The notes under the pieces: model-generated | Told to the model about the DNA's origin: nothing | Databases searched by the model: none | Seen by the model: the letters and a program-made list of their open reading frames with translations, nothing else | Source of the DNA: Lepidodermella squamata | Lineage: Eukaryota > Animalia > Gastrotricha | Assembly (NCBI GenBank): GCA_047495785.1 | Contig: JBLDXI010000032.1 | Location: 3,038,001 to 3,102,000, forward strand | Direction: 5' to 3' | Length of the DNA: 64,000 bases | Program-made: the position numbers and the translations under genes | Shown: in pieces, positions 35,832 through 49,102 of the stretch | Position numbering within the stretch: position 1 is the first letter of the stretch | How the letters are laid out: every line of letters begins with the position of its first letter

Positions 35832-37213
35832 AGCATTTTGAATATTCTATAAATTTTTTATACATGTGATATTTGTATTTTTTATGAATGGATCGTAAAT
35901 GTGAATATAAAATATTTGATATTATTTGATGATGAGAAAAGGCTGCTATTTTTGATAGGGTCTTGCTTTTAGAGAGACCAAATTTTAAATAACTAATTCG
36001 CCGGAAATTGCATTTTCTGAATTTTCAGGAATTTCAGGATAAATTCAACAAAATCATAATTAATTAATTTCGTTAAAATTCTGCGTGATTTTCAGTACAC
36101 GTAATTCAACCCTGTCGCTGTTAAATCGCTGTTTTTCCGGATTTTGTATAAAATCAACCGTGATGATTGCAGTCTCAACAAAAAGTTGGTGGTTGCAATC
36201 AGTGCTGAGTATTTTTAGAAAAATTCCCAGGTCTGAATTCCTTATGGTTCTTGAGATAAAGCGTTGTGCGTGAATTGTTCAAATTTGTACCTGTATAAAA
36301 TTGTACCATTTTACGGTATAAGCTCTTCGAAAAATGGCTCATTTTATAAGTTATTTTATAAGTTACATTTGGTTCCGATACAGTCAATTTTTATTTCTCA
36401 ACAGGCATATTTGGTTCAGTTAAAATAGCGGCTTATTTAGACGCTCATTAGCTTTTGAGTATTTAGATTTAAATACCTACAAAATTACCTGTTTTCACAT
36501 CATAACTTCACAACTTCAAATGGAGCCCTGCTAAAACCGATCGTCTTATTTTTAGCGAGGTAATGCCCATCGTAAATTTCTACCAACAAGTTTCACGTCT
36601 GTCGAGTCATGCTCATTATATTTGTGATTCACCGTAAGGTCATCATTCGTCGCTGCCCGATTGTGCAAGTGCACCTTTAAGGCGTGGTAGCTGATCGATA
36701 ATATCGAGGACTCGACTAATTGGTCTCACTCGCTGCTTGTTATTAGTTTTGATATCATTAACTGGTGTTCACATCTAATGGTAACTGATACTCATCTAAT
36801 TAGCCAACGCGGTGCGGGCCAAGTGATTCACATTATTTAGAAAAAAACAGCTAAGGCGTGGGGAATAAGTGACACGTGATGATGAACCGAGTGAATGGCT
36901 GAAACCACTTTTTGAGACGCACGCCCGGAAAATGGGCATTAATGTACTGAAACTTCGTTAAGGTGGCTGTTTCTAATTCCTTAAAATCTCTTTATTTACC
37001 TAATATTAAGGTTTGTCACTGGATCTAATGCCTGATCATTATTTCTTGAACACCTTCTGCAAACATGTTCGTAATAGGAAGATTGCCCGAACTGAATTGC
37101 GATTTCACGGATGTTACTCAAGCGAAAATTGAGCGAAAACAAGTCTTTGCTACAATATCGTTGCGAAACGCAATTGCCTAGTTCAAGGCTTAACATTTTC
37201 ATTTTGTTCCTCT

Positions 37214-38593
37214 ATGGGTGTTAGGGCTATGATTTACAAGAGGAGCTGCTCATTGAAGCCAAGCAACCTAATTTGTCCTGTAACTGTCATATTCTTCATC
37301 TTCATCTACTCAGTAACTCAGCCTATCAACTTCTACGGTAACGCAGGTGTGTACCAAAAAGCAAGTAACCAACTCGTTCAGTGCAGGAATACTTTTGCCT
37401 TGGAGTTTAACTTCACGAAACCGTACTTCTACCTACCTCAACAAGTACCGATCCCAGTCAGTTTATTCCTGCGAAACGAGCGCAATTCAGCCCATCGTTC
37501 TTCCTATCTCATCGTGGTTTTAGCCGCTCAAGGCATCAACGCAGATCAAGTTATTAGCAAACATCAGAAAAGCCTGATATACCCGCTTAAAAGCTATGCC
37601 AAATGGCTTTTCGAAGCTCAATGGCACGTGGCTGTAAAAAATGAAGATTTCAACTGCTGGCCAGTCGATAGCGATCCTCATGCATGGACAATAGTGATAA
37701 GGTGTCCTATCCATGGTGATTTGCATGCCGAAAGTGATCACAGAGACCGCTTCCACCTTCAGTCAACAATCTATCCCTACTTCAACACAATCGGCCGTAA
37801 TCTTTTAGCGTGTAACAACGAGCTGCCTCAGAAGCACTTTCGACTGGCTTCATGTGCTCAAGTCACACTCAACAATCTCGATAGGGTACCGGAATGGATC
37901 GAGTACCATCGCTTGATTGGCTTTGAATATTTCCTAATTTATGTCAACGCTGAAAATACTTATATTTTTGAGAATTTCCTACGGGTTTTTATTCGACTCG
38001 GAGTTTTGACTCTTATCCCTTTCCATCTTGATTTACCAGTGGCTTCAACTGCTGAATATTCTCGTCATTCAAGTCAGAATGATTGCTTGCACCGGCTGAA
38101 AGGACGGGTTGATTGGGTTGCCTTTCACAGTGTTGACGAGTTCTTTCAGCTGAATCCAAATCACTGGCCGGATAACAAGACTTTCGCAGACTTTCTCGAC
38201 GAAACAAATCAATCGAATTTAGGTTTCTTGTTTTACAGTTGGTATTTCGGCTTCAAGGACCAGCGAAAGTGTAATTCGACGGAAATTTACTCAAGGATTC
38301 ATACGATGCAGTACAGAAGTGTCAGCTCTCATCTTTCAGGCGAGTATAAAACGATACTCAAAATCGATAAATATCAATACGTCGACCATGATGCGATAGA
38401 CTCGTTTTTTCAGGTGGATCCATTGAAATTGGGCCGTCTTGTGAGCTATCGCTTTCCCTACTCAAATGGCTTCAAGCAAGATTCAACGTCTGGTATTCTG
38501 GTGAAAGACACGAGTTTGTCCGAGTCCCACGGAGAAATGGTCCTGATAGCCTTGGGTCAAAAAGGCTTCAAAATCACTTTACAATGCCCTTGA
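37214..38593 (+). CDS. Glycosyltransferase family 92 (DUF23)-like type II membrane protein, intronless
   Basis: N-terminal TM anchor; EWIEYHRLIGFEYFLIY, QNDCLHR and WVAFHSVDEFF motifs typical of GT92. Confidence 0.8.
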   Translation: MGVRAMIYKRSCSLKPSNLICPVTVIFFIFIYSVTQPINFYGNAGVYQKASNQLVQCRNTFALEFNFTKPYFYLPQQVPIPVSLFLRNERNSAHRSSYLIVVLAAQGINADQVISKHQKSLIYPLKSYAKWLFEAQWHVAVKNEDFNCWPVDSDPHAWTIVIRCPIHGDLHAESDHRDRFHLQSTIYPYFNTIGRNLLACNNELPQKHFRLASCAQVTLNNLDRVPEWIEYHRLIGFEYFLIYVNAENTYIFENFLRVFIRLGVLTLIPFHLDLPVASTAEYSRHSSQNDCLHRLKGRVDWVAFHSVDEFFQLNPNHWPDNKTFADFLDETNQSNLGFLFYSWYFGFKDQRKCNSTEIYSRIHTMQYRSVSSHLSGEYKTILKIDKYQYVDHDAIDSFFQVDPLKLGRLVSYRFPYSNGFKQDSTSGILVKDTSLSESHGEMVLIALGQKGFKITLQCP

Positions 38594-39166
38594 GGTACCC
38601 ACATGCTGCGATCAATTTTTCGAGTTACTATTAATGAAAGGTTTATTTGATCAAACTCAGCATCACGTTAATAATTCATCGCTCTGTCTTGAATATTTTG
38701 ATAAATAAATCATGACCTGATTGCATGTGTTGATTTAACATTTTCTTCCGATATCATAGAGAGCCGTAGGCTGTGATAGACTTGCAATAAATGCAAAAAA
38801 CGCTGATACCTGCCTATCATGTACCTATTCCTCAGAATCGCGCGTCTCATTAACAGGAGGCGGGCCGAAGTTATCGCCTCAGGAAATTTTATCTCGTTAG
38901 GTCTTATCCTCTTGAGATTTAGAGGTGTCCCTATCATAGAATATTCTATTTTGCGACGATGAAAATTAGGGCGCGAAATGCCCAAGCCGAATAAAAGTAT
39001 GTACTAGTTTATTATACTAACTCTTTACGCTCATTTCCTGACTAAGCTCACGGTAGAATATAAAAAGCCGGAAATAGCCGCCTAATAGGCAATCGCAGAC
39101 GGTCCCTTTTGTGTTATTACCAGAATTTTCAATGAAACAGTATCTAACATAGAACATTTAAACGGC

Positions 39167-40485
39167 ATGTTTTATCGGCACATTCTATCGCTTATTTTCC
39201 CTATTACAACGATCGTGAAGTGTCAAGACAACATGGTTAACTGGGTTTCCAAAGAGCAACAGCTGAAAGATGTCCTCGGCAGCAACTGTAGCCTTTTTGC
39301 AGATGCTCGTCCAGCTGCAGAGCCCAACAAACCTTTTCCCGTCAGCGCCGTGTTTTTCCCATTGCGCCTGGTTGGCATGGACGAATTGGGAGAAGTGTAA
39401 TCATTATCTGTTTTACCTCTTCTGCTGCTTCATTTTACGTATCCCAGTTTTTCGATAATAGCAAAGCTACAGCTGATATGGACCCATCCATGCGTTTCGA
39501 GAATCTGGCAACGCCCGGAATGGTCCGACGTTCCTTCATTGATTGTATCTGGTTCGCAAACTTGGCACCCGCCGCTGATTCACGTCAACGGAGTATCGAA
39601 TGTTTTCATCAGCTCAGAGTAAGTAAAGCATTGGACATCGCCAAATACAGGATTTCTCGAACTATTTAGATACTCGGACAGGAGCACTGTCAACATGTAC
39701 GCGAACGGGCAATTCAAATGGACTGTCATTTCGAGATTTGAAACCTACTGTAATTTTCACATTTTGGGAAGCATTTAATATATTTAATTTATTTTCAAGG
39801 TAAAATGACGTTCGAAAAGTTTCCGTTTGACAAGCAAAGATGCAGGATCCGGCTAGAGAGTATGCTCGAGCAGGCTGTCATAAAACTTCGCCCGTTCGAC
39901 CCTACCTACCAGTCAATGTATTTCAACAAGGCGACATTTATATCCGATAACAACATCTGGGACATCACCGCAACCTGGGCCAGTCGCGATCAGGTCTCCT
40001 ATTCACCTATCACGAACAAAACTTACGACCAGGTGCTGTTCAATTTTGACTTTACGCGCAACTCCGGCGGGTTCATTTTCGACATATTTCTTCCGAGTTA
40101 TGTTTTGACGATACTTCAAATTTGTTTCGTCGCAATCCCACCCGAAGCGCCAGACCGGCCGAACTATTGCGCAACCATCTTGCTTGCCTACGCCGTTCTG
40201 CAACAAATGATCCAGTCACGCGTGCCGAAAAAGAACGAAATGGTTTACATCATGCTTTTCGTAACAATTCAGCTGGTTATGAGTATGGTTTGCACGTTAT
40301 ACGCGATGTTGACCATCATCGTTATCAAATGGAAGCCGGTGGCTTACCGGAAATTCGAACTGAAGTTCGATACATGCAAGCTGCGGATCCCTCTTCTGCG
40401 GGTTCTTGATGCAATTTTCTTCTCATTCTTGGTTATCGTCGTCATTATTGCTAGTGTGGTTACTTTCGATAAAATGATGAATTAA
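39167..40485 (+). CDS. Divergent Cys-loop channel subunit (pLGIC-6)
   Basis: Four exons (~39167-39396, 39448-39618, 39670-39749, 39800-40485); CKMTFEKFPFDKQRC; PDRPNYC. Confidence 0.92.
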
Positions 40486-41802
40486 CGGTGCCTTGAGTAA
40501 AAACCGGTTTTTATTGTAATGTACACCTGTATACAAGTGGAAAAATAAATTGTGGGAATTTTTGCATGATATAAACTTTGCAGGTGTAACTGTACGTCCC
40601 CTCCTTTAGGGGGCTGCATATCAGTCCTGAGAGGAGATATAGATATTATTGCAAATTATCCAGTTGATCGTTGATTAGTGATAAATGGGGTTCGGCGAAC
40701 TTTCAGAATTTGTAAGGCGGACGGCTTATATACAGGCTGATATATATACAAACCACGATCCCATCTTTCCTTAAACGTTTCCTATATGTTAGAACCCACT
40801 GTACCTCTGGAAATAAGCTCTGGTCCAGTGAATCCCGATACTCTAGCGTAATTCTATCGAAATTCATGGATCAATATCCAGCGAAATCGAATACTCGAAA
40901 CTTGGCACTCTTGCTCTTGTGTCTGATATCGCCCGTAACAATTTCACTTTCCATGTCTGGGGAAATACTTCAGCCATATTGCTGCAGGGTTGCTATTAAT
41001 AGGAGGTTGATTCAATGAATAAATAATGACGAATAAGTAATGATCTTGATAGCGAGTTTTGCGATTCTTCCCCTGTGAAGCCGCAGGGTGCAGTTAAAAT
41101 TTTCCAATCACAGATATCTGCGTGTTTCAAGTATGTCCCTGAATTCAAGGTGAATAGGAAAAATTCATTTTCTCTGCGCTTTTTGTTGATATTAAGATAC
41201 AACTGATTTTTTCCTACATTTCGGGGTCTTCTATTTAACCTACAAGAGATTAGGAGCTACATAATATTGCTCGGCATTTAATTTAATGTATAGTCTATTT
41301 CGTGTCTCAACCTTGAATTATATCCGTAATAAGAAATCCAAAAATAAGATTGGAAGTAGATTGCAATGGCGGATATCGATCACAGAATCGTTATTCTTGT
41401 TATTACAATTGATTTCAAGCATCGCGATCTACCACGAATGAAGGTTACGCGATCAATTAGGAGCGGCCGTGGTTATTCACATGCTATTCAAGTTTTAGCT
41501 TGACTACAGACTACAGTTGAAACCTTTCATATCCAACACTTGGGATGGATAGATTTCGACAAACACAATTAAAGACTCCAGGCCTTTTTACAGAAATCAT
41601 TGAAAATGACGGAATATCCGCTAGCTCTTTTCTTCTATGCCAATTTAGTATGCTTGTCACAGTTTCAAGTTACTTTAGAATAAGTTACATCTCTCTTTCG
41701 AGCTTCCTACCTAGGCTCGACATATGAATAAGCACCTATTAAAAAAGCTCGAAATTTCAATGTAGCAATACTATTGCTCAGAACCATCATATATTCTAGG
41801 AT

Positions 41803-43121
41803 ATGATTATTCGGCAGTTTTTGTCGCTTCTCATCCCGGCGATTACGACCGTCGTGAAATGCGAACAAACAGCTGTGAACTGGGTCCCGAAAGAACAACA
41901 ATTGAAGGACCTTCTCGGCGCAAATTGCAGCCTGTTTTCTGATGCTCGCCCGGTTGCAGATAACACTAAGCCTATATCAATCAGTGCCGTCTTTTTCCCC
42001 CTACGACTCGTCAACATGGATGAGCTGGGCCAAGTGTAAATTTTTCAAACTTCACGCTACTATCCAGTGGCAAATTCTTTGTCTTTTTCCAGTTTTTCGG
42101 TAGTTGCGAAACTACAACTCTTATGGAACCATCCATGCGTGCCTAAAATCTGGCAACGCCCAGAATGGTCCGACGTTCCGTCATTAATTGTTTCTGGCGC
42201 GCAAACTTGGCACCCACCGTTACTTCACGTCAACGGAATAACGAACGTTTTTATCAGCTCAGAGTAAGACTATTAAACGTGTTTTTCTACCGACTGACAT
42301 ATCGCTGTCGACTTACAGTAGCACGGTCAATATGTACGCAACTGGCCAATTCAAATGGACAATCATCTGGAGATTCGAGACATCCTGTAGGTGTTTCACC
42401 GTGTTGTAGGCCAAGTTGAAATCATATTTTTCCAGGTCAAATGAGTTTCGAGAAGTTTCCATTTGACCAGCAAACTTGCAGTATAAGATTCGAGAGCATG
42501 CTCGAGCAGAAAGTCATTAACCTACGCCCAGTTGAACCTACCTCTCTGGCGATGTACTTCAACAAGCCAACATTCATATCCGATAACAGCATATGGGATG
42601 TTACCTCAACTTGGGCTAGTCGTGATCAAGTCTCATATTCCCCGATCACGAACAAAACTTACGACCAGGTGGTGTTCAATTTTATTTTCAAGCGCAACTC
42701 TGCAGGATTCATTTTCGACATTTTCGTGCCGAGCTACGTGCTGACGATCCTGCAAATCAGCTTTGTCGCAATTCCTCCCGAAGTGCCAGATCGCGCGAAT
42801 TACTGTGCATCGATCTTGCTGGCCTACGCCGTCCTGCAGCAAATGATCCAATCACGGGTGCCGAAAACGAATGAAACAGTTTACATAATGCTGTTTCTAA
42901 CGAGTCAGCTAGCTATGAGCATGGTTTGCACGTTATACTCGATGCTGACCATCATAGCTGTTAAGTGGAGGGCTGTTATTTACCGGAAATTTGAACTGAG
43001 ATTTGCTACGTGCAAGCTCAGGATCCCTATTTTGAGAGTTTTTGATGCAGGTTTTTTCCTCTTTCTGGTCGCTGTCGTCGTAATTGTCAGCGCTGTTATT
43101 TACGATAAAATGAGCCGATAA
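41803..43121 (+). CDS. Divergent Cys-loop channel subunit (pLGIC-7), close paralog of pLGIC-6
   Basis: Four exons; CQMSFEKFPFDQQTC; PDRANYC. Exon 3 appears 4 codons shorter than in pLGIC-6. Confidence 0.9.
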
Positions 43122-44522
43122 TATTAGCGGCGAGTGGTTGCTACGTCATGTTGAAACCGGTGTTTTGATTGTCTCCCTAAATTTTTTACTTTGAAAACTG
43201 TCATATATGTCATTTTTATCGCAGTTGAAGTGGGAAGAATAAATGTCTGTTGTTATGTGGCTTTACTTCTCTTCATTTCAGACTAGTCTCCACTATATGC
43301 TGTTTTCAGAGTACTTCCGACCTTTTCGACCCTCCATCCATTCATGGCTGCGGGAGAAAGACATTCGGCACAGCATATTTTGGGTAGCGGAGGCGCAGGT
43401 CACTATTTTTTAACAGTTTGTTTCTGTTTATCAGTTTATTGGAACTGTGAAAAGTGGTCGATATCGTTGTATCCGCCCATAAGTATTCTGGAAAATTTTC
43501 TATATTAGAACTCAGACCTGATTCAGATGCGCTTTCGACTCTGGATTTCCAGACTCTAAATTGCTCCCCCTCAATAAAACGCGAGAAAGGTTTGTACTGA
43601 CGGTCTGATGATTTTAATTCCAAATTTAAATTCAATTGAACTATGCACTGTCGGAGCCGTCTTTCTCGCCGGGTAAATTGGAAACTAATTTTTTTGAATG
43701 GATTGAAAGCCGTTATAATTGACATTTACTAACCAACCCCTTGGGATCATATATTTTACCTTGAACACATTTTTTATTGGTCCCATGAGGGTCGAGATGG
43801 CCAGACTAGGTAGTTCTGGCCGGAAATTTCTGCAGTATTGTTGGGTTTACGCCGCCAATGCTGCACTTATTACCTTGGCATGCTTGTAGCTGTAGAAAAG
43901 AAATTGTTTATTTTCGCCTCTATAACATTGATCTGATGTAGAACTAATTGTTCGGTCTTAGATGTCCCAAGAAAATCTTAGGTGCCCTGCTTTTATTTTT
44001 ATTTTATTTTATTTATTTTATCACGAAAGTATCATGGTACGTGATCGATCGATATAAGGTGAACGCATTGATTTCGCGAAGATTATCTCATGAATATTTA
44101 TTTCAATACCGTCTCTGTAAATACAAGCTGAGCCGCCTTTAAATCACTGATCAGCTACTACTGAGGTGCTAATACAACAAAAACTTAGTTATGTGGACTT
44201 TCTTTTCCTGTCATCCGCCTGAGGGCGTATCTTCGATACTGCTTATTTCGCATTACCGCGTATTCTACTTTTGCGTGTCGGTACTGTGGTAAGTAGTTTA
44301 AGTACCATACTGCGTTCATAATCATTAGCAATAATGCTGCGCTAAGGGCGTTAATCTGAAATGCCGCGTTAGAACCTGTTATTTATTCCCAACACTGCAA
44401 CGAGCTGTTTCTACATTTATTGCCGATTTCCTTCCGCTTCTTTTTTTAAGCATAGAAAACGTGATAAATTGAACTGCTTTTCGATAAAAAATCTTAATCC
44501 CTCCTAATTATATACTGTAGAC

Positions 44523-45843
44523 ATGGAAGGCTATATGGTGCCTTTACTCCTTTCCTTTCTTATTGTTGATGGTATTGCTGACGATGAAGTTGTCACTGTG
44601 AATTACTCGCCGAAAGAAGTGAAGCTCAAAGAAGTCTTGGGGGTTAACTGTACAATATTCGGAGATGGCCGTCCTACTACCGATGACACTAAACCATTCC
44701 CCATCGCAGCTGTTCTTTTCCCGATGAGATTCATTGAAATTGGAGAAATTGAACAAGCGTAAGTCAGGTCATTTAACTTCGATGAGTCTCTTATTTTGAT
44801 CATCATAGCTTCTCAATCATCGCGAAACTTCAATTTATATGGTACCATCCATGTGTCTCCAAAATCTGGACACGACCCGAATGGTCCGATGTGCCATCTC
44901 TTGTCGTCCCAGCTTCGCAGACCTGGAAACCGTCAATAATGCATGTGAATGGAAAAACAAACGTCTTCCTCAGCGTCGAGTAAGTCTTACCGTTTTATCA
45001 TACCTTCATTTGCAGCTACTTTCAGGTACGCTGACAGAAGTACGGTTACTATGTATCCAACAGGGCAATTCAAATGGACCCTAATATCAAGATTTGACAC
45101 TCACTGTAAGTAGATAATTCAAGCCTTTCCTTCATGGTGGAACTTCCTTTTTTACAGGCAAAATGACGTTCGAAAAGTTCCCGTTCGACAATCAGATATG
45201 CAGGATCAGGCTGGAAAGTATGCTCGAACGGGGTGTTATCACCCTTAGACCTGTCGAACCTGTTCAACTGGCGTTGTTCTTCAACAAATCAGCTTTCATC
45301 TCGGAGAATAACGTATGGGAAGTGGAGAAGGTTTTCGCATCACGCAGTGAAGCGTCTTACTATCCTGTTACTAACAAAACCTACGAACAAGTCATGTTCT
45401 CCTTCGCTTTCAACCGCCAAATAACGGGCTACATCTTCGAAATATTCTTGCCCACCTACGTACTGACCGTGCTTCAGATTGCCTTCATCGCCATTCCAGC
45501 CGATGCTCCAGATCGGCCGGTCTACTGCGCCACTATTCTCCTGGCCTACGCTGTTCTTGCCCAAATGATTCAGCAGAACGTTCCGAAAACAAACGAAGTC
45601 GTACTTGTCATGCTGCTCATATCGATTCAACTTGTTATGAGCATGTTTTGCACGCTGTATTCGATGGCAACGATTATGGCCGTTCAGTCGAAACGCTTCG
45701 CCAGTGGCAAGTATGAGGTGCAGAATAAGGTACTTCACATGGGCATTTCTTACATTCGAATCTGTGACATTATATGCTTTTTATTTCTTTGCATTTTCGT
45801 CATCACCGTGAGTGCTGTTCTCTTTCAAAAGATGATGGAATAG
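44523..45843 (+). CDS. Divergent Cys-loop channel subunit (pLGIC-8)
   Basis: Four exons; CKMTFEKFPFDNQIC; PDRPVYC; same exon plan as pLGIC-6/7. Confidence 0.92.
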
Positions 45844-46959
45844 AGATTACGATAATCATCCATTCTTCTGAATTATCAAAATTGATTTTGATTTTGAGTT
45901 CACTCCATGCTGTGAAAAAAGGAGAAAGTTGCTGTAGCATTTCGCCACATTTTTTCCACTCATTCAAAATTCGAAATCAAAACCGGTGGAAAAATAAAAA
46001 GAGATAGATGTGCAGGCCAATTTATTTTCAGCCTAATGAACTGCTTTTTGTTTACGGATAACTTTGGATAGGGTAATTTTTGACGCTTCAGCTATGCAGG
46101 TGAACAACTTTGTATCCGTACGATAAAAACACATGGTTTGTTGCATACAATTTCCCGTCTCTTGAACTTTCGAATTGCGCAAGCTCCAAATTTATTTCTC
46201 TCAATTTCTTAAGCAAACGAATGATGCGCCATCCGTTAACATTTTTTTCCTAATTTGACCAAAAGCTCAGAAAAAGCATAAAATTCGCAATGTCATTCCG
46301 TATGCAAATAAGCTCGTGTCCCAGAATCGGCCGCTAATTGTCCAACTTTTCTAATAAATGTTTTCAATCGCCAAAAATCAGGTAAAAATCGTAAAATCGC
46401 CGAATTTTAGCGATAAATCGAGGCTCACCTTACACACGTTTTCACAAAAAAATCATGGATTTCCGCATTAGGACCAATTTTTTATATCTTGGAACATTTT
46501 TTGTCCAATATTACCCTTCCAATATTTTCTGTCTCTTTTCAGAATCCAGCTCCTCAATTCAACAAGGAACAGTTTTGTCCGCGAATTTAAGTTGACCGCA
46601 TTCTAGAAAATATTTTCATTGTACTTGCACGGAAAGCCTTTTCCCTTGGCATTAGCTCCTAATGCTGAATCCATTGAGAATACGGTAAATTTATACTGTG
46701 TCCGAAAACGGAAAGCAGTATTGGCTATCCAATGTTGCCACAGCAAATATCCCGCGCTGGCAAACGTTCCATATAAAAGCTGAATGTTTCAAAAGACAAG
46801 CTGAACAATTCCGGAAAGCTATTTTGGGAATTTTTCAACTTTTCAATCTCCTTTCACGCAACATCAGCTGTCCGATGTTACCCTGCATGGTTTTTTCTGG
46901 AAAAAATTGTCATAATCAAGACTGTGAATTTTACTTGGACGTAAATGGTTTGAATATTT

Positions 46960-47393
46960 TCAGAAATATTTTATAGGTGATTGTAGACTGAGGCCGAGTT
47001 GATAATCCACAAGGAACATCGGCTTTCGCTCGACTGAAAGCGGTTCTTGAATTCGCAAATGCGCACACTCGCCGTCATTTTTTATCATGACCTGATTAAG
47101 GCAATAAAAAGCTATAAAATTAACAAATTAAAATCAATTGAACTCACCTTGACAAAGTAATTTCGACCACCGCCGACTTGTTGGTCGCGGAACGCGATCA
47201 GGTCGAAGCGCTCTGGCATCATTTCGGCTTTTTTGATGAACTGGCGAATAACCCGAGTTCGAAGGGCTTGTATCAGCGCGGCCGGGGCTTGCGAGGCGTC
47301 CTTTGCGTTGCTCAAACGCACGTAAAGCGACTCTGCTGCCAAAACCAGGGCAGATAACGCAAAAGCTGCGACTAACAGTCTCGATGCGAACAT
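46960..47393 (-). CDS. Secreted single-domain stefin-type cystatin (outlier copy)
   Basis: Exons 47393-47148 and 47091-46960; signal peptide, QQVGG, CAHLRIQEPL...PIKYF; same intron position as the 19-23 kb stefins. Confidence 0.85.
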
Positions 47394-49102
47394 TTTTAAT
47401 ACGACTAAAAAAATTGCGTGTAATAAAATCAAAATGCGTTAATTTTGTATCAAAAACATAACGGAGTGTTTTGAAGGGTGGGCTCAAGAGAATTGGATCC
47501 TGATTGACACCCCTATTTCATAAATTACGTAAATAAAATAGCTGTCTTTACGGCCGTTATTTACATTTTTTACGCTGAATTTTTGATAATTTTGCGATAT
47601 TATTACTACTACCCACATAGCGAGCGTAGTGGCGCTGAGTCACATCAAGGGAATTAGATCTTGTTATCGAGCTCAATAAAATAACAAATGTTAATGTGTG
47701 AAAAAGCAGAAGATGGCTTAATTTACTAAATTTATTTGATATTTTAATTTGAAAAAAATCTAAAATGCTCAGGGCGGAGAAGTGCGTAAATCCGCCGCGC
47801 CGCCATACTCGTGGTATGGTCATGCGAAATAAGAGCACGATTTGCGAAGGCTGTCTACGATAGGCTTTGAATTTCCGCTTTCAGGTGAAATTTTGCCTTT
47901 TTCATGTGTAACACGTCACGCACGTCACGCACGAAGTCTATTCGCAGAGATACACTACTCCTACACGCCCAACACGGATAATTCAGCCTAGAAACTGCGA
48001 TCATCCGTTGGAGACAATGTCATAGATTTTTTTTTATCTTGCCACATGACAAGGCATGTTCGGAAGACAAAAGTAATTTTAGAGAACTGCTTATAATTTT
48101 ACAATAAAAATTCAGGTGGTGAAAATTTCTCTGAGCATGTTCGGAGAGGGGATAAATGCAGCAGAAAATTGGATTAAAATGAGATGAAAAAATTTCGCAT
48201 AGCTTGGTCCCTGAAAATCAAGAGACATTCTCTATAATAATGTCGAATAATGTCACTGGTTTTGATCCTAATTTCGAAAACGCTCCCTCTTGTGAAAAAC
48301 TCGCGCTCCGGCTATATCGGCTGCGTTTTTCACTCGTCCTCGTTTACTCGAGATTATACTAAGATTTATACCGCCGCCAGGCGCATTTTCTTCTATTTTT
48401 TGCGTTTTCTCGATTAGAATCAGGACGCGGTGCTCTAACATTTACATTAGGCGAAAGACATTTCAGATAAGCTTGCCGCGCAATTATTTAAGCTGGATCT
48501 TTTGAAAGCGCACAATTGATAATACTTGAATATTTTATTGCTTGCGTCGTACTTATATGATGGAGTCCCATTTTCGGGGAAAAGGAAAATTTGCTAGCCA
48601 GGCTAATCAATTTCCTTTCTAATCAAAGAGGTGTCGCCGAGGTACCTGCAACAATCAGAGAGAGTGCCGAGGTATACAATCTAATCAGAGAGCAGGCAAC
48701 TAAGAGAGATGAGTTCTTATTCTGTCCCGTGTTATTCAAAATTTCAAAGTGCAAGCACAAGTGTCGCTTCTTTGTGTCTGGGCGATATGTGGAGTTATCG
48801 TAAATTACTGACTGGATATATATCATTTTTACGCCTATTCATTGTCAATTATTCCGCCTTGTGATTCCACTCGATGAATTACTCAATCAACCGGAAGTAT
48901 TTCTTTCATTGCGCATGAAAAAAACTGCATCAAGCCTCCGGAAGTCCGAGTTGAGGACAATCGTTTCCTGAAAAAACTCAACCAGGCTCAAACGCTTCCG
49001 TCCCTTTGCGAAAAACTAATTTATTCAAGGAAGGGTGATTGTAGTACATGGTTTGACCACGAAAAATCACAACGCACAAAGTACAAAAAAGGCAACACAC
49101 GG

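Noticed and set aside
41040-41110. LRFFPCEAAGCS* resembling a decayed Cys-loop
   Set aside because: Too short, and no flanking similarity to the channel paralogs could be traced by eye.
48290-48335. Hairpin gtgaaaaac...gtttttcac
   Set aside because: Possibly a Helitron/Helentron-type end, but single copy and no other hallmark.
38710-48803. Stand-alone short ORFs at 38710-38985, 43342-43725 and 48591-48803
   Set aside because: No recognisable domain, signal peptide or convincing splice partners.
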